This document shows positions 1-9,208 of a stretch of 64,000 nucleotides of DNA, piece by piece. Within the stretch, counting starts at the first letter, position 1, and each line of letters begins with the position of its first letter. Source of the stretch: Longimicrobiales bacterium (GTDB lineage Bacteria > Gemmatimonadota > Gemmatimonadetes > Longimicrobiales > Gaopeijiaceae). A model generated the notes under the pieces. The model ran no database searches and was not told where the DNA came from. It was given only the letters and a program-made list of their open reading frames with translations. A program made the position numbers and the translations under genes. Location: the NCBI GenBank assembly GCA_041690395.1, contig JAWLHJ010000005.1, positions 416,001 through 480,000 of the forward strand, read 5' to 3'.

Positions 1-862
1 CCCGATCCACGCTCCGGCCGAGCGGATCTTCGCGGCCCTGACGGAGTCGGAGGACCTGGAGGCATGGTTCGCCGAGCACGCACGGGTCGAGCCGCGGGAG
101 GGCGGGCGCTACGCCTTCTGGGGAAAGCACACCCTGGGGACACCGTCGGAGGACGAGGCCGACGGACGCATCGAGTCGCTCGAGCGCGACCGGCGGCTCG
201 TCTTCACCTGGACGGTCCAGGGTGTGCCGTCGACGGTGACGATCGACCTGACTCCGGAGGAGCGTTCGGGTGGCTCGGAAGCGACGGAGCACGGTCCGGC
301 GACCCGGGTCGCGATCCGGCACGAGCTCGAGGGTCTCTTCGACATGCCGCGGCCGAAGGAGATGATCGACGACTGGTGGCGCTTCTGCCTCGGCAACCTG
401 ATGGCTCACGCGGCGGAGCATGGTGACGTGCTACGGGTGGATTTCGACGACCCGAGCCCCGAGATCCGGCTCTCGATGGAGATGGACGCGCCCCCGGACA
501 AGGTGTTCCGGGCGCTGACCGAGCCCGAGGCGCTCGACCGCTGGATGGCCAACGGGGCCAAGGTCGAGCTCCGTGAAGGCGGGCGGTACGACCTCGGTTT
601 CACCCCGGAGGGGTACGATGGGCCGCCCATGCGGATCCTGGAGCTCGTCCCGAACGAGAGGCTGATGATCTCCTGGCCCGACTGGCGCGGCGACACGTCC
701 GTGCCCGAACAGTCCGTCACGTGGCTGCTCGAGCCCTCCGGGGACGGGACCCGCGTGACGGTGATCCACAGCGGCTTCGTCCGGGCTGTGGATCTGAGCG
801 ACTATCCGTTCGGGTGGGGCTACTTCCTGGGCCGGCTGCGGGACGTATCGACCGAGCTCTAG
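1..862 (+). CDS. Tandem SRPBCC/AHA1-like (START-fold) domain protein, 5'-truncated by the window edge
   Basis: Frame of ORF 224..862 is open from base 2 (PIHAPAERIFAALTESEDLEAWF...). A second copy, DAPPDKVFRALTEPEALDRW...GTRVTVIHSGF...GWGYFLGRL, is typical of SRPBCC. Confidence 0.85.
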   Translation, partial: PIHAPAERIFAALTESEDLEAWFAEHARVEPREGGRYAFWGKHTLGTPSEDEADGRIESLERDRRLVFTWTVQGVPSTVTIDLTPEERSGGSEATEHGPATRVAIRHELEGLFDMPRPKEMIDDWWRFCLGNLMAHAAEHGDVLRVDFDDPSPEIRLSMEMDAPPDKVFRALTEPEALDRWMANGAKVELREGGRYDLGFTPEGYDGPPMRILELVPNERLMISWPDWRGDTSVPEQSVTWLLEPSGDGTRVTVIHSGFVRAVDLSDYPFGWGYFLGRLRDVSTEL

Positions 863-980
863 CGATCGGGGGTCTCCCTACAACGGAGCGGGACGTCCTC
901 CCGACAGACCCGACACGACGCGGACGCGAGCTTATCGTACGGGAGCAGTCCAGGAGTCCCATGTTCCGGAGGTCGCGGCT

Positions 981-2105
981 ATGAGATGGCTCTTTGCGGC
1001 GTTCGTCGTCGTGCACGGTCTGATTCACTTCATGGGTCCCGCCAAGGCGTTCGGACTCGCGGATCTCCCCCAGCTCACGCAGTCGATCGCGCGTGGGATG
1101 GGCGTGGTGTGGCTCGCGGCCGGCGTTGCGATGCTGCTGGCCAGCGGCGCCTTCCTCCTGGGGCAGCGCGTCTGGTGGCTCGTCGCCGTGGTCGCCGTCG
1201 TGCTGTCCCAGGCGGCCATCATGGCGTCGTGGACGGATGCGAAGGTCGGAACGATCGCGAATCTCGTGATCCTCCTGGGAGCCATCTACGGCTTCGCGTC
1301 CCAGGGGCCGTGGAGCTTCCGGGCCGCCTACGAGCGGCAGGTGGACGCCCGCCTGGCCGAAGGTGAGGAGGTAGAGCCGCCGGCGCTCACAGAAGCCGAT
1401 ATCGTGCACCTGCCGGAGCTCGTACAGCGATACCTGCGCGTGACCGGAGCGATCGGGCAGCCCCGCGTCGAACATTTCCGCGCGGCCTGGCGTGGCCGCA
1501 TTCGCGAATCCCCCGAGGATGCCTGGATGACGTTCACGGCCGAGCAGGTCAACTTCATCCGGGACCCCGCTCGCTTCTTCCTCATGGACGCGCGGCGGAG
1601 CCGCCTGCCCGTCGACGTGTTCCACGCCTTCGCGGACGGCGCCGCGAGTATGCGTGTGCGCGTCCTGTCGCTCGTCCCGGTAGTCGACGAGCAGGGCCCG
1701 GAGCTCACGCGGGCCGAGACGGTCACCCTGTTCAACGATCTGTGCTTGCTGGCGCCGGCCGCCCTGATCGATCCCGGCATCGAATGGGACGCCGTCGATG
1801 ACCGCTCGGTCCGGGCGCGCTACACGCTCGGCGAGAACACCATCTCCGCCGTCCTGGAATTCAATGACGCGGGCGAGCTCGTGGACTTCGTCTCGGACGA
1901 CCGGTCCGCGGTCTCCGAGGGCGGGCGCATGACTCCGTTGCGGTTCTCCACGCCGGTTCGAGATTACAGGACCTTCGGCGATCGCCGGGTGATGACGCGA
2001 GGGGAGGGGCGGTGGCATCCGCGGGAGGGGGCGTTCGCATACGTCGAGCTCGAGCTGGTGGATTTCGAGGTGAATGGAGGGCGACAGAGAGTGAGAGACC
2101 CATGA
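981..2105 (+). CDS. Membrane-anchored conserved hypothetical protein (DUF6544-like)
   Basis: N-terminal hydrophobic helices followed by LPELVQRYL..G..G, WMTFTAEQ and ETVTLFNDLCLLAPAAL. GGAGG RBS upstream. Confidence 0.7.
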   Translation: MRWLFAAFVVVHGLIHFMGPAKAFGLADLPQLTQSIARGMGVVWLAAGVAMLLASGAFLLGQRVWWLVAVVAVVLSQAAIMASWTDAKVGTIANLVILLGAIYGFASQGPWSFRAAYERQVDARLAEGEEVEPPALTEADIVHLPELVQRYLRVTGAIGQPRVEHFRAAWRGRIRESPEDAWMTFTAEQVNFIRDPARFFLMDARRSRLPVDVFHAFADGAASMRVRVLSLVPVVDEQGPELTRAETVTLFNDLCLLAPAALIDPGIEWDAVDDRSVRARYTLGENTISAVLEFNDAGELVDFVSDDRSAVSEGGRMTPLRFSTPVRDYRTFGDRRVMTRGEGRWHPREGAFAYVELELVDFEVNGGRQRVRDP

Positions 2106-2746
2106 CTCGACCCCCGATTCCTCGCGGCCCCGACCAGCTGCTCGCGACCTTCGGCCGGATCGACATCTACGTCTTCGACCAGCTCCTGCGCGGCCGGATC
2201 ACGCCCGGCATGCGGGTCCTGGACGCGGGCTGCGGTGGCGGGCGCAACACCGAGTACCTCATGCGCTGCGGAGCGGAGGTCCACGGCGTGGACGCGGAGC
2301 CCGCCCAGATCGCCCGGATTCGCAAGGTCGCCGCGGCCGCCGCGCCCGATCTGCCCGCCGGGAACTTCGTGGCCGGACACCTCGGCGATCTGCCTTTCGA
2401 GGACGGGTTCTTCGATGTGGTCCTCTGCAGCGCGGTCCTCCACTTCGCCGAGACCTCGACGGAGTTCGAGGAGATGATGGCCGAGATGTGGCGCGTCCTG
2501 GAGCCCGGCGGGCTCTGGTTCGCCCGCCTCGCGTCCTCCATCGGTATCGAGGACGACGTCGTCCACCTCCGCGACCGATGGCACCGGTTACCGGACGGGA
2601 GCGACCGGTTCCTCGTCGACGAGGACTATCTCATGCATGTCGGTGGTGAGCTCGGGGGCGAGCTGATCGACCCGCTCAAGACCACCGTCGTCCAGGGCAT
2701 GCGGTCGATGACGACGTGGGTCTTGCGGAAGCCCCAGGGGCGCTAA
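2102..2746 (+). CDS. Class I SAM-dependent methyltransferase
   Basis: VLDAGCGGGRN motif I and LPFEDGFFDVV..SAVLHF. ATGA overlap with the upstream stop. Confidence 0.9.
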   Translation: MTRPPIPRGPDQLLATFGRIDIYVFDQLLRGRITPGMRVLDAGCGGGRNTEYLMRCGAEVHGVDAEPAQIARIRKVAAAAAPDLPAGNFVAGHLGDLPFEDGFFDVVLCSAVLHFAETSTEFEEMMAEMWRVLEPGGLWFARLASSIGIEDDVVHLRDRWHRLPDGSDRFLVDEDYLMHVGGELGGELIDPLKTTVVQGMRSMTTWVLRKPQGR

Positions 2747-3381
2747 CCGCCCAGCTTCCGGATTTCCTCCGACTCGACCACGCGGACCCCGGCGGCTTCC
2801 TCGCGGGCGAGGAGGGCCATGGTCGCGGCGACGGCCCGGGCATGCACCGGATGGTACCGGCCGGGCACCAGGCGTAGAAGCAGGCGACCCAACGCCTCCA
2901 TCGGCCGCCGCTCCGTACGCTCCCCGGCGAGAACCGAGGGACGGAGGATGACCAGGCTGGGGTAGCCGAGCGCCCGGATGTCCCGCTCGACCTCGCCTTT
3001 CACCCGGTTGTAGAAGACGCGCGAATCGGGGTCGGCGCCTACGGCGCTCACCAGGGAGAAGTGCCGCGCCCCGTTCTCCAGCGCCACCCGCGCGATCGTC
3101 AGCGGAAGGTCGTAGTCCACCTCGCGAAACCGCTCCTTCGAGCCCGCCTTCCCGATCGTCGTGCCCAGAGCACAGAACACGTGATCCCCCCGGATATCGG
3201 CACGGTGCTCCTCCAGCCGGTCGAACGAGACGAGTCGCTGGGTCACGTTCGTGGGCACCGGATCCGGCAACGGCCGGCGGGTGAGCGCGACGACGGGCCG
3301 GTGGTCTGCATCCTCGGACAGCACCCGGAGGCACTCGGTCCCGACGAGACCCGTGGAGCCGACGACCAGGGCGCTGCTCAT
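2743..3381 (-). CDS. NAD(P)-binding oxidoreductase, YraR/HTATIP2-like atypical SDR
   Basis: ALVVGSTGLVG Rossmann motif, FCALGTT, VSAVGAD..S..FYNRVKGEVE, LRPS. Confidence 0.85.
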   Translation of the reverse strand: MSSALVVGSTGLVGTECLRVLSEDADHRPVVALTRRPLPDPVPTNVTQRLVSFDRLEEHRADIRGDHVFCALGTTIGKAGSKERFREVDYDLPLTIARVALENGARHFSLVSAVGADPDSRVFYNRVKGEVERDIRALGYPSLVILRPSVLAGERTERRPMEALGRLLLRLVPGRYHPVHARAVAATMALLAREEAAGVRVVESEEIRKLGG

Positions 3382-3418
3382 CGGGGCCCCGTCTGCCGGG
3401 TGGGCTCGCTCTCCGGCC

Positions 3419-3919
3419 TCACCAACCCGCGCTGCCCGGCCCGCCCTTGAACGGCCCCTTGATCTCCGGCGTGATCCAGCCGCCGTAGAATCCACCGGGC
3501 TGCGGCACGACCTCCACCCCGTCCACCGTGCACGCGTCCATCGGCCCCGCGTAGAACGCGACATGGTCGCGGATCGGCTCGAAGGTGGGCGTCGGGTCCG
3601 GGTAGCTCCACCCGACGCGCTCCGCCGCTCGATCGCCGACGCGCACGGTCCAGTAGCGGGCCCGTCCCTTCCATTCGCACCACGATCCACCTCCCGCTTC
3701 GCTGAGCACTTCGTCACGGATGTCCGTGCGCGGAATGTAGTAGACCGGAGGGTGGCTGGTCTCGAGCACCCGATACGCGGCCGTGGAGTCGGCGATGACC
3801 TCGCCGTTGAAGCGGATCTCGATGCGCTTCGAGACGGCCTCCAGGGCCGGAGGGCGCGGATAGCTCCAGACGGACTCTTCGCCCGGACCGGTGGGGTCGG
3901 GCGGTGGATGGTGTCGCAT
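3419..3919 (-). CDS. DUF427 domain protein
   Basis: ESVWSYPRPP, VLETSHPPVYYIP, SWCEWKGRARYW, QPGGFYGGWIT. Confidence 0.85.
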   Translation of the reverse strand: MRHHPPPDPTGPGEESVWSYPRPPALEAVSKRIEIRFNGEVIADSTAAYRVLETSHPPVYYIPRTDIRDEVLSEAGGGSWCEWKGRARYWTVRVGDRAAERVGWSYPDPTPTFEPIRDHVAFYAGPMDACTVDGVEVVPQPGGFYGGWITPEIKGPFKGGPGSAGW

Positions 3920-3937
3920 CGTTGTCTTTTCGCCTTA

Positions 3938-4083
3938 TCGAAAGTCGTTCGAAAGTCGAACGAGTGCCTCCGGCCCGCCGACCAGGACGTACGCTCCGGA
4001 GGCCTTGCGTGGCAAGGAGATCCTCACGGGTGCCCGCCACAAGAGCCCACGTCCAGATCGTTCGACTTTCGAACGACTTTCGA
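3938..4083. repeat. Dispersed inverted-repeat element (REPIN/MITE-like), copy 1
   Basis: TCGAAAGTCGTTCGAAAGTCGAACGA (3938-3963) and its perfect reverse complement (4058-4083), separated by 94 bp. Confidence 0.9.
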
Positions 4084-4147
4084 AGCTCGCGCAGACGCCT
4101 ACCTGTCCACCCCGCCGGCCGCCGAATCACCCCCGTTGATCCCGTAA

Positions 4148-4193
4148 TGATGACATTGTATACTTGCGCTCATCGAGTATTGATGACGATGTA
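4148..4193 (+). promoter_or_regulatory. Candidate PadR-1 operator pair / promoter region
   Basis: AT-rich patch with direct repeats TGATGACATTGTA (4148-4160) and TGATGACGATGTA (4181-4193) just upstream of PadR. Confidence 0.5.
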
Positions 4194-4230
4194 ATCTTTA
4201 TGGCGCGTGCGCCGGGACCGGGAGGTGGGG

Positions 4231-4563
4231 ATGGGTCAGGGAAGCCTCGGGGAATTCGAGCAGATGGTGTTGCTCGCGATCCTGCATCTGGGAGACGACG
4301 TCTACGGCGTGCCGATCGTGGACGAGATCGAGCAGCGCACGGGCCGCAGCGTGGCACGGGCCGCCGTGTACGTGACGCTCCGCCGGCTCGAGAAGAAGGG
4401 ACTCGTCGAGTCGTGGATGAGCGACCCGATCGAAGAGCGTGGCGGCAAGCCGAGGCGCATGGTCCGGGTGCGGGCCGAGGGACGGCGCATGCTCGCGGAC
4501 TCGCGCCGGGCGATGGAGGCCATGTGGGACGGCCTCGAGCCCGTGGCCGGAGAGGGGCGATGA
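4231..4563 (+). CDS. PadR-family transcriptional regulator (module 1)
   Basis: LGEFEQMVLLAIL...YGVPI...AVYVTLRRLEKKGLVES...ERGGKPRR. GGAGG RBS. Confidence 0.92.
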   Translation: MGQGSLGEFEQMVLLAILHLGDDVYGVPIVDEIEQRTGRSVARAAVYVTLRRLEKKGLVESWMSDPIEERGGKPRRMVRVRAEGRRMLADSRRAMEAMWDGLEPVAGEGR

Positions 4564-7373
4564 GCCGCGGCCGCCCGCCGCGCCTCGCGTGTTGGCTGCT
4601 GAGCCGCTTCGTGCCGGCCGATGCCCGGGATACCGTCCTGGGAGATCTCGAGGAGGTGTATGCGCGCCGGGTCGCCGAGGGAGGGCGGCTCCGCGCCGAC
4701 GTCTGGTACGTCCTGGAGGCGGGTTCCTTCTCGGCCCGTTTCGCATGGGAGCGGCTCAGGGAGCTGAAGGGGTCGGCCACACCCTCGCTCCTGGACTTCC
4801 GCCTCGGCGCCCGCATGCTCCGCAAGAGCCCGCTCCTGACCGTGACGGGGTGCGTGGCGATCGCGACGGCGATCGGCATCAACGCGGGCTTCAACGAGTT
4901 CACGGGCGACCTGCTCGGGGAAGCCAGGTGGGCCGAGGTCGATGACCGGGTGGTGGGGCTCGCGAACTTCGACACCGAGTCCGGGGATCGGGATGCCCGG
5001 GTCCTGGCCGACCTCCGGCGGTGGCGCGAGGGGCTCCAGACAGTCGAGGACATCGGTGCCGCCCTCCGTATGGACATGAGCCTGGTCGCGTCCGACGGCA
5101 GCACGGCGCCCGTGGACGTGGCGGAGATGAGCGCCAGTGGCTTCTCCATGGTCGAGGCCACGCCCGCCCTCGGGCGGTTGCTCCTGTCCAGCGACGACGG
5201 GCCCGCCGCCGAGCCGGTGGCGGTGCTGGCCTACGAGGCATGGGACCGGATCCTGGGAGCGAACCCGGACGTGGTCGGATCGGTGGTCCGCCTGGGTGAC
5301 ACGTCGTACACGGTCGTGGGCGTGGCGGCCGCCGAGACCTACTTCCCCGGCCCCGTGGACGTCTGGGTGAACTTCCGCCGCGACGACGCCACGGCGGCCT
5401 CCCGGGCGGGTCCACCGCTCGTTGCGTTCGGACGTTTGGCGCCGGAGCGGTCGCTCCAGGAGGCCCAGCTCGAGATGGAGCAGCTCGGCGCGCGGTTGGC
5501 TCAGGACCTCCCGGATCTCTACGAGCGGGTGCGACCGGCCGTGCTGCCCTATCAGGAAGTGGCGTCGGGGAACCCCGAGATGATCCGGTGGGCGCTGAGG
5601 ATCGCCCGGACCGTGCTCGTGCTGCTTCTGGTCGTGGCATGCGCCAACGTGGCGACGCTGGTGTTCGCACGGAACGTGGGCCGGACGTCCGAGATCGCCG
5701 TCCGCTCCGCGCTCGGGGCGCGCCGCGGCCGCATCGTCGCGCAGCTCTTCGCGGAGGCGTTGGTGCTCGCGTGGCTCTCGGCAGGCGTGGGCCTCCTGGC
5801 GGCGGATTGGATGCTGAAGTGGGGCGGGGACATCTTCTGGGAAGCTCAGCGCGTTCCGCCGCCCTTCTGGTGGGACCCGGGCATGTCCTGGCCCACCATC
5901 GCGTACAGCCTCGCCCTGGCCACGTTCGCCGCCGCCGTGGTGGGCATCCTTCCCGCGCTGCGTGCCACGGGCAGCAGGCTCGCGGCTACCCTGCAGACCA
6001 CGGGGAGCGGCGGCTCCGCGTTGGCGTTCGGCCGACTCCCCACGATGGTCATCGTGTTCCAGATCGCCGTCTCCGTGGCCCTCTTCCCGATCGTCTTCAC
6101 GATGGCCGTGCAGACGTACCGCGACGAGGTCGCCGTCACCGAGTTCCCCACGGAGCGGTATCTCACGGCCCGCATCCTCGTCGACTCCAACGTGGAGCTC
6201 ACCTCGGCCGCGACGGACCAGTCCGCGGGCGAGGAGCTCCGGCGGGTGTCTGTGACCGGCGTGACGGACGGGTTCATGATGGGCCCCACGCTCCTCCAGC
6301 GGTACGGGGAGATGCGGGACGACGTGGCCCGGCGCGTGCGGAACGAGCCCGGGGTGAGGAGCGTGTCGCTCACCACGCGTCTTCCGGGCATCATCGCGGA
6401 GTCGATTCCGTCCATGCGGCTCGAGGTGGCGGGCGAAGAGCCGCCACCGAACGGATGGTGGGCCAGGACGGCCACCGCCGAGGCCGACTTCTTCCAGGTC
6501 GTGGCGCCCCGTGTCCGGTCCGGCCGAACGCTCACTCAGGTGGACTTCGCCGAAGATCAGCACGTGGCCATGGTGAACGAGGCGTTCGTGACGGAGGTCC
6601 TGAGGGGGCAGGACGCGGTGGGGCGTCAGATCCGCGGCTTCAGCGCGCCCGTTCCGGCCAGACGAGTCTCGGTCGGAACTGGCGGCGGCACACTCGAGCA
6701 GGGAACGGTCGCCTCACAGGAGGCCGATCCCGGGCGGCCGTGGACCGAGATTGTGGGCGTCATCCCCGACGAGCTCACGGGTGCGGCCGGCGCCGATCCG
6801 CAGGTGTACTTCCCCTTGTCGGGGGCCGGGACCTACCCGATCCGGCTCCTCATCGAGGTGGACGGCGATCCGGAGACGCTGGCGCCCCGACTCCAGGCGA
6901 TCGCGGCGGAAGCCGAGCCGGGCGTCATCCTCGACGAGATCCTCCCGCTGGCGGATCTGCGGCGGAACGAAGTCCTGCAGGTGCACTTCCGGGTGGGGAT
7001 CATCGGATTCGTCGCCCTGGTCACGGCCCTCCTGGCGACCGCCGGGGTGTACGCGCTCCTCTCCTTCATCGTGTCCCAGCGCACCCGGGAGATCGGCATC
7101 CGGACGGCGCTGGGCGCGGCGCCCGCCCTGGTGCTTCGCGGGGTCTTCCTGAAGACGTTCGTGCAGCTCGGGCTGGGCGTGTTGATCGGCCTCGTCATCG
7201 TGGGTGCCGTCGGGGTGCCGGGCGCCGGGGAGGGCGCCGACCTGCGGACCCTGTGGCTCACGGGAGCGGGGGTCTCCGCCGTGCTGCTCATCGTCGGGCT
7301 GTTGGGCGGCCTGATACCGGTCCGCCGGGCCCTGAGCATCCAGCCGACGGAGGCGCTGCGCGCCGACGGTTGA
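4560..7373 (+). CDS. ADOP-type duplicated ABC permease (MacB/FtsX-like, module 1)
   Basis: Two FtsX-like halves: ACANVATL..R..EIAVRSALGA and GVYALLSFIVSQRTREIGIRTALGA, C-terminal P.EALRAD. ATGA overlap with PadR. Confidence 0.92.
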   Translation: MSRGRPPRLACWLLSRFVPADARDTVLGDLEEVYARRVAEGGRLRADVWYVLEAGSFSARFAWERLRELKGSATPSLLDFRLGARMLRKSPLLTVTGCVAIATAIGINAGFNEFTGDLLGEARWAEVDDRVVGLANFDTESGDRDARVLADLRRWREGLQTVEDIGAALRMDMSLVASDGSTAPVDVAEMSASGFSMVEATPALGRLLLSSDDGPAAEPVAVLAYEAWDRILGANPDVVGSVVRLGDTSYTVVGVAAAETYFPGPVDVWVNFRRDDATAASRAGPPLVAFGRLAPERSLQEAQLEMEQLGARLAQDLPDLYERVRPAVLPYQEVASGNPEMIRWALRIARTVLVLLLVVACANVATLVFARNVGRTSEIAVRSALGARRGRIVAQLFAEALVLAWLSAGVGLLAADWMLKWGGDIFWEAQRVPPPFWWDPGMSWPTIAYSLALATFAAAVVGILPALRATGSRLAATLQTTGSGGSALAFGRLPTMVIVFQIAVSVALFPIVFTMAVQTYRDEVAVTEFPTERYLTARILVDSNVELTSAATDQSAGEELRRVSVTGVTDGFMMGPTLLQRYGEMRDDVARRVRNEPGVRSVSLTTRLPGIIAESIPSMRLEVAGEEPPPNGWWARTATAEADFFQVVAPRVRSGRTLTQVDFAEDQHVAMVNEAFVTEVLRGQDAVGRQIRGFSAPVPARRVSVGTGGGTLEQGTVASQEADPGRPWTEIVGVIPDELTGAAGADPQVYFPLSGAGTYPIRLLIEVDGDPETLAPRLQAIAAEAEPGVILDEILPLADLRRNEVLQVHFRVGIIGFVALVTALLATAGVYALLSFIVSQRTREIGIRTALGAAPALVLRGVFLKTFVQLGLGVLIGLVIVGAVGVPGAGEGADLRTLWLTGAGVSAVLLIVGLLGGLIPVRRALSIQPTEALRADG

Positions 7374-7454
7374 AGGAGCGGGGTGGCATGCGGGTTGGCC
7401 TGATCCTTGCGCCTCCCTCCGGTCGATTACGATCGCCCTCGACCGGAGACCCGC

Positions 7455-7982
7455 ATGACCCCTCGCAAGATGACCTTCCTGCTTCTGATGGTCGCGGCGA
7501 CGTTGTCGCCACGCACCGCTCACGCCCAGGCGACCGACCCCCAGTGGTACGATGGCCATGTGAGCCTCCAGGCCGGGGTCTCGATCTTCGATCGGTCGGG
7601 TGTGGGCACGACCGGCGTGTACGCGCTGCGCGCCGACCTCCCGATCTATCCGAGTCTGCTGATCGAGGGAGGACTGAGCTACGCCCGCCCCGGCGGGGAG
7701 TCCGGCGTCGGCGACGTCTTCATGCCCGGGTTCCAGGTCCAGCTCCAGGGCACGTCCGGGCAGTTCAGCCCCTACGTCGGGCTGGGAGCGGGGCTCACGG
7801 TCGAGGTCCCCGAGGCCGAGGGCGCGACCGACGTGTCGTTCTCGCCCTCGTTCGCGACCGGGGTCCGGGTCGCGGTCTCCGAAGGAGCCGCACTCCGCCT
7901 GGAGGGTCGTCTGAACGCGGTCGGTGCCGATTTCCGGGGTGTGTACTCCGAGATCACGGCGGGGCTGGTCGTGTCCTGGTGA
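7455..7982 (+). CDS. Outer-membrane beta-barrel protein
   Basis: Signal peptide (AHA/Q), alternating beta-strand pattern, SPYVGLGAG, terminal aromatic residue W. Confidence 0.7.
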   Translation: MTPRKMTFLLLMVAATLSPRTAHAQATDPQWYDGHVSLQAGVSIFDRSGVGTTGVYALRADLPIYPSLLIEGGLSYARPGGESGVGDVFMPGFQVQLQGTSGQFSPYVGLGAGLTVEVPEAEGATDVSFSPSFATGVRVAVSEGAALRLEGRLNAVGADFRGVYSEITAGLVVSW

Positions 7983-8007
7983 GTCCGGCCTTCCGTTAGC
8001 TTCCTCC

Positions 8008-9111
8008 ATGATACAAGGCACCCTGCGGACCCTCCGCTACGCGCGCAGCTGGAACACCGGCGCCGACGTGAAGGTGGAGGAGACGGTGATCCGGCGGGAC
8101 GGCGAGGAGGTGCCGGCCACGCTCGTGCTGCCGGCGCGAGGACGAGGTCCCTGGCCGGCCTGGATCGCGCTCGGGGGTATCTCTCGCATGGGACGTCACC
8201 ACCCACAGCTCGTGCGGTTCTCCGGCGCGCTCGCGACGAGTGGCGCTGCGGTGGTCGTCCCGGAGATCCCGGAGTGGCGACGCCTCGAGCTGGCGCCGAG
8301 ACCGACCGCGCCGACCATCCGCGGATGCGTCGACATGCTCTCCACACGGCCCGACGTACGGCCCGGAAAGGCGGGGCTGATCGGCTTCTCGTTCGGGGCG
8401 CCGCAGCTCGCCATCGCGGCGGCGCGCGAGGACCTCGAGCCACACATCGCGGGCATCGCGCTCTTCGGAGGCTACTGCAGTCTCGAGCGGACGCTCGGCT
8501 GCATGTTCACGGGCGATCATGAGTGGGAGGGGACGCGGCACGACGTCGAGCCCGACCCGTACGGCCGCTGGGTCGTGGGAGCGAACCACCTCACCGACAT
8601 TCCCGGTTGCGACGACGCTGGGGACGTGGCCGACGCCCTGCTCACGCTCGCCCGTGCCGCCAGCGGAGACCGGGTTGCCGCTTGGGAGCCCCATCACGAC
8701 GCGCTGATCGAGGATCTCCGGAGCGCGCTGCCGGAGCGCAGGCGGGCGATGTTCGACCTGTTCGCGACCGCCTCCGGAAAGGAGCGTCCGGAGCGGGACG
8801 AGCGGCTGGACATGGCCCATCGCCTGGCCGAGGCGTGTAGGCGGGCCGAGCCACTCCTCGAGCCGGCGCCTTACCTCTCTGGCGTGCGCGTCCCGACCCG
8901 GCTCATCCACGGACGTGGGGATCGCCTGATTCCCTTCACGGAGTGCTTCCGACTGTCCGAGAGCCTTCCCGCGGAGGCCCGGAACGGGCGCACGGTCACG
9001 GGGCTGTTCAGCCACACGGCGGACCGGCGCGAGGGCTCCTCGCTCGGACGGACGTGGGAGAAGGTCTCGTTTCTCGGCACGCTGCACGGGCTGATCAACA
9101 CGGTGGGCTGA
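8008..9111 (+). CDS. Alpha/beta hydrolase-fold protein
   Basis: GLIGFSFGA nucleophile elbow, LIHGRGDRLIP (Asp) and FSHT (His). Confidence 0.75.
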   Translation: MIQGTLRTLRYARSWNTGADVKVEETVIRRDGEEVPATLVLPARGRGPWPAWIALGGISRMGRHHPQLVRFSGALATSGAAVVVPEIPEWRRLELAPRPTAPTIRGCVDMLSTRPDVRPGKAGLIGFSFGAPQLAIAAAREDLEPHIAGIALFGGYCSLERTLGCMFTGDHEWEGTRHDVEPDPYGRWVVGANHLTDIPGCDDAGDVADALLTLARAASGDRVAAWEPHHDALIEDLRSALPERRRAMFDLFATASGKERPERDERLDMAHRLAEACRRAEPLLEPAPYLSGVRVPTRLIHGRGDRLIPFTECFRLSESLPAEARNGRTVTGLFSHTADRREGSSLGRTWEKVSFLGTLHGLINTVG

Positions 9112-9208
9112 GCCTCGGCTCCGCCGCACCCACGCGCGCTTCGGCCCTCCGTGATGCGGCTCACACCGGCGCGGATGCGCCGCGCGCCCGCGCGAGCGAG
9201 CTTGCATC

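Noticed and set aside
3938..4083. The repeat element as a CRISPR array or LexA box
   Set aside because: The arms are inverted pairs, not tandem repeat-spacer units, and there are no cas genes. The GTTCG-N5-CGAAC core is the reverse arrangement of the Gram-positive CGAAC-N4-GTTCG SOS box.
4151..4166. TTGTATAC resembling a HutC operator half-site
   Set aside because: It lies 27 kb from the hut operon and directly upstream of a PadR gene, so it is better explained as part of that promoter.
4164..4559. N-terminal extensions of track ORFs (4164.., ..45252, 56855.., 37575.., 34880.., ..27684, ..31737) suggesting giant fusions
   Set aside because: The extensions run through a neighbouring real gene in another frame and are low-complexity Arg/Gly/Pro sequence. 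Downstream starts with an RBS or start/stop overlap fit better.
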